Shown: positions 41,560 to 49,047 of the stretch, piece by piece
Position numbering within the stretch: position 1 is the first letter of the stretch
How the letters are laid out: each line of letters begins with the position of its first letter
Assembly: GCA_002690045.1 (NCBI GenBank)
Contig: NZDE01000011.1
Location: 88,582 to 152,581, forward strand
Reading direction: 5' to 3'
Length of the DNA stretch: 64,000 bases
From: Alphaproteobacteria bacterium
GTDB taxonomy: Bacteria > Pseudomonadota > Alphaproteobacteria > Micavibrionales > Micavibrionaceae
Position numbers and translations under genes: made by a program
Notes under the pieces: generated by a model
The model's input: only the letters and a program-made list of their open reading frames with translations
What the model was told of the DNA's origin: nothing
Databases searched by the model: none

Positions 41560-43035
41560 ATGCACAATAAGAAAATGATTGATGCTTCTATTGGTGATCC
41601 GGCTTTACCGTTTAAGACGGCGGCGCAATACGCAATGGAACAATCGCTTAAGACACTGAACCAGTATGATAATTACGGCACAGTGGCGCATCATATGGCC
41701 GAACAAATCATGGATTTCTTTGACCGTGAATTAGGTATAGTTCGCCCCAATTGGTCAGGTGTTGGCCTTGATAGCTATGCATATACAAACGGTATTACAG
41801 AAGGCTATGATGGCTTATTAAACATTTTTGCAAAGGAAACGGAACAATATAACCGCTTAACCAAACAAAATCTAAAGCCTGCGATCATTATGCCCATCCC
41901 CACATATGGGATATTCTTTGCACAGCCTGAAAAATTTGGCATTGAGGTCATAAAGCTACAACGTGAAGAAGACGGCAGCGTTGATCCCGAAAAGTTATTA
42001 GAGCTGCTGCGCGCAGAAAATAAAGCAGGTAAACACCACATTGTTGGCTATTATGATTCTAATCCAAACAATCCAACTGGTCATGTCCGCGATGCGGCAG
42101 AGACCCAAGCACTGGCAGATGTCTTTATTCGCTATAACGACTATATATCCTACCAAAAGGACAAGATGACCAAAACAATGAAGAACCCGCTATATAGAGA
42201 ATTGCGCGAACTTCCTAATACCATCAAAGTGATTGATGACATGGTGTATCTTGGCCTTGAATATGACGGACGCAAAGCCGCTGCGTTTATGAGCATTGAA
42301 GAAATGTATGATAATACAATCATACTTGCGGGCGGTTCAAAAATTGGCCTTACGGGGCTGCGTACAGGTATAATGATTGGCTCTGAACATTACATTAAGA
42401 AATATAAAGAAGACCGTGCGCTGCGCCAATATTTCCCCTCTACTGTGAATATGCACGCTTTAACACCGACCTTCCCAACCAAGGCTGAACATTTAAAAAT
42501 GCGCACAGATCATTTGCACCAGCTAAATGCTGTACATTTATTCTCAGGCAAACTTATGAAGGCGCTTATTAATGGTATAGATGATGTAGAGGCCAGTTCA
42601 GCCGAACGGAAGAAAATGATTAACCATGTAGCTAAGGCCCGTAAGATAAGTTTGGTGGAAGCTAAAAAGCAGCTTCAAGACGGTATATTGGGCATAAATG
42701 TAACGACAACGCCGCAAGCGGGCTTCTTCCATATGTTAGATTTCAGCGCCTTTAAAGGCCATCACATAAAAGAAAACATCCGTTATGGCGATAAATATGA
42801 AATTGGCAAATTAAAAGATGAATGGGATTTAAAATGGATGCATCGTGATGTTGGCCTGCAATTCTGTTCTGGCGCGGGTTGCGGGTATCAGTCTGAAGAC
42901 TTAATTATGCGCACAACTTTTGCCATGCCGCCGCGCGATATAATTAAACTTGTTGATCGCCTCCAAGAATCCATCGATGTATATATTGCCCCCCTTCAAC
43001 ATGACCATCCGCCCCGCCCCAAAATTAGCGCATAA
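41560..43035 (+). CDS. PLP-dependent aminotransferase, class I/II (long, 491 aa)
   Basis: NPNNPTG motif (YYDSNPNNPTGHV), DDMVYLGLEY, and a PLP-lysine block GGSKIGLTGLRTG. Confidence 0.75.
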   Translation: MHNKKMIDASIGDPALPFKTAAQYAMEQSLKTLNQYDNYGTVAHHMAEQIMDFFDRELGIVRPNWSGVGLDSYAYTNGITEGYDGLLNIFAKETEQYNRLTKQNLKPAIIMPIPTYGIFFAQPEKFGIEVIKLQREEDGSVDPEKLLELLRAENKAGKHHIVGYYDSNPNNPTGHVRDAAETQALADVFIRYNDYISYQKDKMTKTMKNPLYRELRELPNTIKVIDDMVYLGLEYDGRKAAAFMSIEEMYDNTIILAGGSKIGLTGLRTGIMIGSEHYIKKYKEDRALRQYFPSTVNMHALTPTFPTKAEHLKMRTDHLHQLNAVHLFSGKLMKALINGIDDVEASSAERKKMINHVAKARKISLVEAKKQLQDGILGINVTTTPQAGFFHMLDFSAFKGHHIKENIRYGDKYEIGKLKDEWDLKWMHRDVGLQFCSGAGCGYQSEDLIMRTTFAMPPRDIIKLVDRLQESIDVYIAPLQHDHPPRPKISA

Positions 43036-43066
43036 AAAAAAGCCCTCACGAATGAGGGCTTTCTTA
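43034..43066. terminator. bidirectional hairpin terminator (aminotransferase / tRNA-Asp)
   Basis: Stem of 8 bp (10 bp counting the flanking A-T pairs), agccctca/tgagggct, with loop cgaa. An A-run lies on one side and a T-rich run on the other. The T-run is strongest on the minus strand, downstream of tRNA-Asp. Confidence 0.7.
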
Positions 43067-43083
43067 TGTACCGCTTAGTTAAA

Positions 43084-43160
<77 letters not shown>

Positions 43161-43176
43161 CTAAGCAGTGAAAGGA

Positions 43177-43205
43177 GTTTTACAGTTTCCGTTTGTTACT
43201 GTCAA
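43177..43205 (-). promoter_or_regulatory. candidate promoter for tRNA-Asp (TTGACA-17 nt-TAAAAC)
   Basis: Hexamers read on the minus strand. The -10 element ends about 17 nt upstream of the tRNA 5' end. Confidence 0.4.
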
Positions 43206-43239
43206 TCACCTTTTTTCATTTTTTTTATTTTTTTCTAAT

Positions 43240-44361
43240 TTACGCACATAAAGCCTTTGGTTCGCCGTTAAAAGGTAGCGCCAAAGAGCTTGCCACGCCG
43301 CTATGCGTAACTTCGCCGTGACAGATATTTAAGCCATCACGTAAACCTTGGTCAGCTAGCAAAGCTTGCTGCCAGCCCATATTCGCAATCGCCAAGGCAT
43401 AAGGTAACACAGAATGGTTTAACGCCAGCGCTGAAGTTAATGGAACCGCACCTGGCATATTTCCGACGCAGTAATGTAAAACATCATCAACAACATAGGT
43501 TGGCTCATCATGCGTTGTTACTTTGGATGTTTCAAAACAGCCGCCTTGGTCAATAGATACATCAACAAGGACAGCTCCCTTCATCATGGTTTTCAACATT
43601 GGTCTAGTGATCATCTTCGGTGCTGATTCCCCCGGAATCAGAACTGTACCGACAACCATATCAGCCGTTTTGATAAAACGTTCAACAATGTCTATATTTG
43701 AATAAACATCATTCGCTCGGCCACGGAAATAATCATCCAAATATCGCATACGGTCATTTGAACGTTCAAGGATCGTCACATTTGCGCCCAAACCTGTCGC
43801 CATTTGCGCCGCATTAAAACCTGCAACACCGCCACCAAGGATTAACACCTCAGCTGGACGCACACCCGGCACGCCGCTTATCAAGCGTCCTGTACCGCCA
43901 TTATGCTTTTGCAGGTAATATGCGCCAACCTGCACTGACAGGCGCCCTGCTATCTCACTCATAGGCGCAAGAAGTGGCAAGCCTTTACGCCCATATCCTG
44001 TAACGGTTTCATAAGCGATTGCAACGCAGCCTGAATCCATTAATGCCTTTGCTTGATCTGGGTCAGCTGCCAAATGTAAGTAGGTAAATACAATTTGGTT
44101 TTCGCGGATTAATTTATATTCAGATGGCTGCGGCTCTTTAACCTTAATAATCATATCAGCGCGCACAAAGACTTCTTCAGCACTGCTAACAATTTCTGCG
44201 CCAACATTCTTATAATCTTCATCAGAAAAGTTAATACCCAAGCCCGCCCCGGCCTGTACAATCACTTTATGCCCATTACCGGTAAATTCCTTCACGGATG
44301 ACGGGACAAGCCCTACACGATGCTCCTGTGGTTTAATTTCGCTTGGTACACCTATTAACAT
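43240..44361 (-). CDS. ald: alanine dehydrogenase
   Basis: MLIGVPSEIKPQEHRVGL N terminus and NAD motif ILGGGVAGFNAA. 373 aa. Confidence 0.93.
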   Translation of the reverse strand: MLIGVPSEIKPQEHRVGLVPSSVKEFTGNGHKVIVQAGAGLGINFSDEDYKNVGAEIVSSAEEVFVRADMIIKVKEPQPSEYKLIRENQIVFTYLHLAADPDQAKALMDSGCVAIAYETVTGYGRKGLPLLAPMSEIAGRLSVQVGAYYLQKHNGGTGRLISGVPGVRPAEVLILGGGVAGFNAAQMATGLGANVTILERSNDRMRYLDDYFRGRANDVYSNIDIVERFIKTADMVVGTVLIPGESAPKMITRPMLKTMMKGAVLVDVSIDQGGCFETSKVTTHDEPTYVVDDVLHYCVGNMPGAVPLTSALALNHSVLPYALAIANMGWQQALLADQGLRDGLNICHGEVTHSGVASSLALPFNGEPKALCA

Positions 44362-44512
44362 CTGCCTACTCCTTAAAACATTTTAGAAACAAGTTCGTGC
44401 GGATCATACATGAGTGATATATTTAGATATATACGCAGCGCAGCATTGCTCTATAAAAATTCAATATTTATGTTATAGTGTCCATTAGCGTAGTAAGAAA
44501 GGTACCTAATTT

Positions 44513-44872
44513 ATGAAATGTTTAGTCGTTGATGATTCCAATGCCACACTGTTCGTTACAAAAAAGCATATGAACACATTAGGCTTTGACGTATTAGAAG
44601 CTAAAACTATTGGACAATGCATGACACAGCTTGGTAAACACGACTTTGATGTTCATGTTATCGATATTTTTCTTGGTGAAGAAAGTGGCGTAGACCTTAT
44701 TCGTCAACTAAAAGCCCAAAACGATGAAACGCCAATAATTGTGCTAACTGGGTCAGATGACATCAACAAAGAAAAAGAGCTTAAAGCGCTAGGTATAGCT
44801 GATTACCTACAAAAGCCAACAACATTAGAAAAGCTTCATGTGAGCCTAACCAAAATTGGCCTTATTAAATAA
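44513..44872 (+). CDS. single-domain response regulator (CheY-like receiver)
   Basis: Receiver residues are in place: DD (VVDDS), the phospho-acceptor Asp in VIDIFL, T in VLTGS and K in LQKP. There is no output domain. Confidence 0.85.
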   Translation: MKCLVVDDSNATLFVTKKHMNTLGFDVLEAKTIGQCMTQLGKHDFDVHVIDIFLGEESGVDLIRQLKAQNDETPIIVLTGSDDINKEKELKALGIADYLQKPTTLEKLHVSLTKIGLIK

Positions 44873-44893
44873 TCTAAACTTATCTGAGGTAAA

Positions 44894-44969
44894 TGGTGGG
44901 CGGTGAGAGACTTGAACTCCCGACCTCCTCGGTGTAAACGAGATGCTCTACCAACTGAGCTAACCGCCC
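44894..44969 (-). tRNA. tRNA-Val (TAC)
   Basis: Reverse complement GGGCGGTTAGCTCAGTTGGTAGAGCATCTCGTTTACACCGAGGAGGTCGGGAGTTCAAGTCTCTCACCGCCCACCA. Anticodon loop TTTACAC; CCA is encoded. Confidence 0.93.
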
Positions 44970-45009
44970 GAAAAAGGAACTGCACGGCGTACCGCGCTTG
45001 GTGAGAGAT

Positions 45010-45038
45010 TATTTAATGGATATTTAATATACGGTCAA
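45010..45038 (-). promoter_or_regulatory. candidate promoter for tRNA-Val (TTGACC-17 nt-TAAATA)
   Basis: Hexamers read on the minus strand, about 40 nt upstream of the tRNA 5' end. Confidence 0.35.
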
Positions 45039-45079
45039 GCCTTAAAAGTAATTATTTTCAAAAAAAATACAAAAAAGTA

Positions 45080-45118
45080 ATAAAAAACCCGTCTATGCAT
45101 GTTCGCACAGGCGGGCTT
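45080..45118 (-). terminator. rho-independent terminator after hupB
   Basis: 7-bp stem cccgcct/agacggg on the minus strand (one G-U pair) with a 14-nt loop, followed by TTTTTTATT. Confidence 0.55.
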
Positions 45119-45140
45119 TAAAATTCTATAACAGCAAGAA

Positions 45141-45416
45141 TTAGCCGTTAACTGTGTCTTTAAGACCTTTACCAGCTTTGAAAGCAGGAACTTTAGAAGC
45201 TTTGATTTTGATTGTTTCGCCAGTTTGTGGGTTACGACCATCACGAGCAGCGCGCTGCTTAACTTCGAATTTACCAAAACCAACTAGCTCAACGCTGTCA
45301 CCTTTTTTAAGTGTAACAGATACTGTTTCGATGAAAGAAGCTAGAGCTTTTTCAGCTTGTGCTTTAGTTAGGTCTGATTTGTCTGCAATTGCATCAATAA
45401 GTTCTTTTTTGTTCAC
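45141..45416 (-). CDS. hupB: nucleoid-associated DNA-binding protein HU
   Basis: GTG start preceded by GGGAGAG gives [16 protein letters not shown]...[11 protein letters not shown]...FKAGKGLKD, a 91-aa HU. The track ORF extends upstream to an unlikely ATG at 45473. Confidence 0.92.
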   Translation of the reverse strand: MNKKELIDAIADKSDLTKAQAEKALASFIETVSVTLKKGDSVELVGFGKFEVKQRAARDGRNPQTGETIKIKASKVPAFKAGKGLKDTVNG

Positions 45417-45592
45417 GAGGGCTCTCCCTAGAATTTGAGTTGAAACAAAAATCCTTTTACATCGAAATTTCAAAAATTCATCCGCAAAAAGAATTCGATT
45501 TTACACAAAACAAAATTATGTAAGATCGTCCTTCAGGCCTTGTATAACGTGCCTTCCAGATGATTCTGTTTTAAGACGAATCAAAGAAAAAC

Positions 45593-48028
45593 TCAATGCC
45601 TAATCACACCATTTTCGCTTTTTTCTGCAGATTCTGTGGCTATTTTGTCGATTTTTTCGCCATTTTCTTGATTATTGGAAAGTGAAATCGGTTCAGGCAG
45701 CGTTACAAGCGCATGTGAAAGCACTTCTTCAATTGTGTTTACAGGCACAATTTCGAGTCCTTTTTTCACATTTGCAGGTATATCTGCCAAATCTTTTTCG
45801 TTTTCAGCAGGAATCATAACCTTGGCAATGCCGCCGCGAAGCGCCGCAAGAAGCTTTTCTTTTAGGCCGCCAATTGCTGTGACATACCCCCGTAAGTTAA
45901 CCTCACCGGTCATCGCCACATCTTTGCGTACCTCAATATCAGTTAACGCAGATACGATGGCCGTAACCATCGCTGCGCCAGCAGATGGACCATCTTTTGG
46001 TACTGCACCAGCAGGTACGTGAACGTGAATATTCTTTTCAGTCAACTCATCGTAATTAATGCCCAAATTAGGCGCACGTGACTTAATAAGCATTTCTGCA
46101 ACAGTAATCGATTCACGCATAACATCTTTTAAGTTACCGGTTGTGGTAACCTTACCGTCCTTACCTGGGGTCGTTACCGCCTCAATTGAAAGCAGATCAC
46201 CGCCCACCTCAGTATAGGCGAGCCCTGTTACAACACCAATACGGTCTTGCGAATCCGCTTCGCCATGTTGATATTTCTGCACACCTGCATAACGCTCAAG
46301 CGCCTTTGGTGTAACTTTGACGGTTTTCTTGCCTTTCATCAGAATTTCTTTGATGGCTTTGCGGCATAAATTCGCAAGCTCACGCTCCAAATTACGTACC
46401 CCTGCTTCCTTGGTGTAATGACGAATCAAATTACGAATTGCTTGGTCAGTAATTGCAAACTCATCTTTCTTTAGACCTGTAAGCTCCATCTGCTTTTTCA
46501 GCAAATGACGGCGCACAATTTGAAGTTTCTCATCTTCGGTATAACCAGAAATGTTAATCACTTCCATACGGTCTAATAATGGACGCGGCATATCAAGCGA
46601 GTTTGACGTACAAATGAACATGACATCAGATAGATCATAATCTACTTCTAAATAATGATCGTTAAATGTTTCATTCTGCTCAGGATCCAGCACTTCAAGC
46701 ATTGCCGATGCAGGGTCACCTCGATAATCCGATGACATCTTATCAATCTCATCAAGCATCATAAGCGGGTTTGACTTCCCTGCTTTCTTCATACCTTGAA
46801 TAACCTTACCAGGCATTGCCCCAATATAAGTCCGTCTATGGCCGCGAATTTCACTTTCATCGCGCACGCCGCCCAATGAAATACGAATAAACTCACGGTT
46901 TGTTGCTTTCGCAATAGACTTACCTAGCGATGTTTTACCAACACCTGGCGGGCCCATCAAGCAGATGATCTGCCCCTTCACTTTATTCGTGCGTTGCTGC
47001 ACGGCTAAATATTCAAGGATACGCTCTTTAACCTTCTCTAGACCGTAATGGTCTTTATCAAGGATCTTTTGTGCGGCTTTAATATCCTTCTTCACGCGGG
47101 TTTTCTTTTTCCACGGTACAGAAATCATCCAATCAAGGTAATTTCGTACAACTGTGGCTTCCGCAGACATTGGGCTCATCTGGCGCAGCTTTTTAATTTC
47201 TGCAGCACATTTATCTTTGGCTTCCTTGGTAATACGCAGTTTTTCAATTTTCTGCTCTATTTCGCCGATTTCATCGACACCGTCTTCGCCTTCACCTAAT
47301 TCTTTCTGAATGGCTTTCATTTGTTCATTCAAGTAATATTCGCGCTGCGTCTTCTCCATTTGCTGTTTAACGCGTGTGCGAATACGTTTTTCAACCTGAA
47401 GAACACCAATTTCGCCTTCCATGTAACCGAATATTTTTTCAAGGCGGTCTGATGTGTTTGGTAAAGCGAGTAAGTCTTGCTTCTCATCCAATTTAATCGC
47501 CAGATGTGATGCAACAGAATCGGCCATTTTAGATGGCTCTTCAATCTGGTTGACTGAAACAATCACTTCAGGCGGGATTTTCTTATTAAGTTTCACATAT
47601 TGTTCAAACTGCGTAATCACTGCACGCGCAAGCGCTTCTAACTCTTCTGAAGCTTCTGTTTCATCGCGCAGCATTTCACCCTTAACTTCTAAATAAGGGT
47701 CTGTTTTTACAAATTCTGTAATTTTAACGCGCTCTGTCCCTTCAACCAGCACCTTCACCGTGCCATCGGGCAACTTAAGGAGCTGTAAGATTTTACCGAT
47801 TGTCCCAACTTCATGCAGGTCTTTATCGCCCGGATCATCCTCACTTGGCTCTTTTTGCGTCACAAGCAAGATTTGCTTATCTTCATTCATAACCTGTTCT
47901 AGCGCACTAACAGATTTTTCACGCCCAACAAAAAGTGGCACGATCATATGGGGGAAAATCACAATATCACGCAACGGTAATACTGGATAAGTTGTGTCTT
48001 CAGAATTGGTTGTTGATGTATTGAACAT
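45593..48028 (-). CDS. lon: ATP-dependent endopeptidase Lon
   Basis: N-terminal YPVLPLRDIVIFPHMIVPLFVGREKS, Walker A GPPGVGKTS and catalytic PKDGPSAG. The ATG at 48028 has a GGAG Shine-Dalgarno. Confidence 0.96.
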   Translation of the reverse strand: MFNTSTTNSEDTTYPVLPLRDIVIFPHMIVPLFVGREKSVSALEQVMNEDKQILLVTQKEPSEDDPGDKDLHEVGTIGKILQLLKLPDGTVKVLVEGTERVKITEFVKTDPYLEVKGEMLRDETEASEELEALARAVITQFEQYVKLNKKIPPEVIVSVNQIEEPSKMADSVASHLAIKLDEKQDLLALPNTSDRLEKIFGYMEGEIGVLQVEKRIRTRVKQQMEKTQREYYLNEQMKAIQKELGEGEDGVDEIGEIEQKIEKLRITKEAKDKCAAEIKKLRQMSPMSAEATVVRNYLDWMISVPWKKKTRVKKDIKAAQKILDKDHYGLEKVKERILEYLAVQQRTNKVKGQIICLMGPPGVGKTSLGKSIAKATNREFIRISLGGVRDESEIRGHRRTYIGAMPGKVIQGMKKAGKSNPLMMLDEIDKMSSDYRGDPASAMLEVLDPEQNETFNDHYLEVDYDLSDVMFICTSNSLDMPRPLLDRMEVINISGYTEDEKLQIVRRHLLKKQMELTGLKKDEFAITDQAIRNLIRHYTKEAGVRNLERELANLCRKAIKEILMKGKKTVKVTPKALERYAGVQKYQHGEADSQDRIGVVTGLAYTEVGGDLLSIEAVTTPGKDGKVTTTGNLKDVMRESITVAEMLIKSRAPNLGINYDELTEKNIHVHVPAGAVPKDGPSAGAAMVTAIVSALTDIEVRKDVAMTGEVNLRGYVTAIGGLKEKLLAALRGGIAKVMIPAENEKDLADIPANVKKGLEIVPVNTIEEVLSHALVTLPEPISLSNNQENGEKIDKIATESAEKSENGVIRH

Positions 48029-48072
48029 ACTTATAGAGCTCCAAATTTTTTTACTAGTACCCACCTTATAGA

Positions 48073-48102
48073 TTATAAGGCAATAATAATGATTTGGTTA
48101 AT
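48073..48102 (-). promoter_or_regulatory. candidate promoter for lon (TTAACC-18 nt-TATAAT); the -10 lies inside a 7-3-7 palindrome
   Basis: Perfect TATAAT on the minus strand about 45 nt upstream of the lon ATG. It overlaps the inverted repeat CCTTATA-N3-TATAAGG (48065-48081). Confidence 0.35.
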
Positions 48103-48116
48103 TTTTTTCAGATATC

Positions 48117-48150
48117 AATAAAAAAGCCTGCAAAATACTTACAGGCTTTT
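48117..48150 (-). terminator. hairpin terminator after clpP
   Basis: Stem agcctg/caggct (extendable with A-T pairs) with an 11-nt loop. T-rich tail on the minus strand. Confidence 0.5.
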
Positions 48151-48171
48151 ATAAACTACGGATATATAAGC

Positions 48172-48837
48172 TTATTTTTTCGCTTTTTTATCTTTATCTT
48201 TGTCTTTATCTTTGTCAGCGTCACCTCGATGCTCAACAACATGGTCAACTAAATTGAAGTCTTTTGCTTCTTGCGCAGTCATCCAGTTATCACGATCCAT
48301 TGCATCTTCTAGGACTTTAAGCTTCTGGCCTGTGTGCTTCTCATATGTTGTATTCAAGAAGTGACGCAGACGAATAATTTCACGCGCCTGAATTTCAATA
48401 TCAGAAGCCTGCCCTTGTGCCCCGCCTAGAGGCTGGTGGATCATCACACGTGCACTAGGAAGTGCATAACGCTTACCTGCCGCACCAGCCATAAGTAGGA
48501 ATGAGCCCATTGAACACGCCTGACCAATACAAACGGTTGAAACATCTGGCTTAATATACTGCATTGTGTCGTACATCGCCAAACCTGCTGAAACCACGCC
48601 ACCAGGTGAATTAATGTAGAATGAGATGTCTTTATTTGGGTTTTCAGCTTCTAAGAACAAAAGCTGCGCACAAATAAGTGTAGATACATGATCATTTACT
48701 TCCCCTGAAAGGAAAATAATACGCTCTTTCAACAAACGCGAATAAATATCAAACGCACGCTCACCACGGTTCGTGCTTTCAATAACGGTCGGGATCAATG
48801 TATTCATATATGTATTTAAAGGATCACGCTCTTGCAT
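48172..48837 (-). CDS. clpP: ATP-dependent Clp protease proteolytic subunit
   Basis: Catalytic Ser (GQACSMGS), His (MIHQPLGG) and Asp region. The unusual C-terminal tail is [16 protein letters not shown]. The start could be the second in-frame ATG ([10 protein letters not shown]). Confidence 0.95.
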   Translation of the reverse strand: MQERDPLNTYMNTLIPTVIESTNRGERAFDIYSRLLKERIIFLSGEVNDHVSTLICAQLLFLEAENPNKDISFYINSPGGVVSAGLAMYDTMQYIKPDVSTVCIGQACSMGSFLLMAGAAGKRYALPSARVMIHQPLGGAQGQASDIEIQAREIIRLRHFLNTTYEKHTGQKLKVLEDAMDRDNWMTAQEAKDFNLVDHVVEHRGDADKDKDKDKDKKAKK

Positions 48838-49047
48838 TTAATCTACTTTCTTTGCGTTTATAAACTTTGATAACAACGCCACCGATGATGCGCGCCGAAT
48901 GATTCTTACAAAATCTACATGCTCATGCGCCGCTGTGCAAGATATTCTCTTTATGAATGCGCCTTTTATCCCACAAAGATCTTTTAAAAAAATAACCATT
49001 TATTAACATAAGGGATATATTATTGTGCGAGTGTATGGGGTAAATAT

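Noticed and set aside
48838-49047. GC-richer patch (about 48870-48940) in the clpP/S8 divergent spacer as a pseudogene remnant or RpoH promoter
   Set aside because: No extended reading frame is present, and there is only a weak partial match (CTTGCA-16 nt-TGTAGAT) to the alphaproteobacterial heat-shock promoter consensus. That is not enough to call either.
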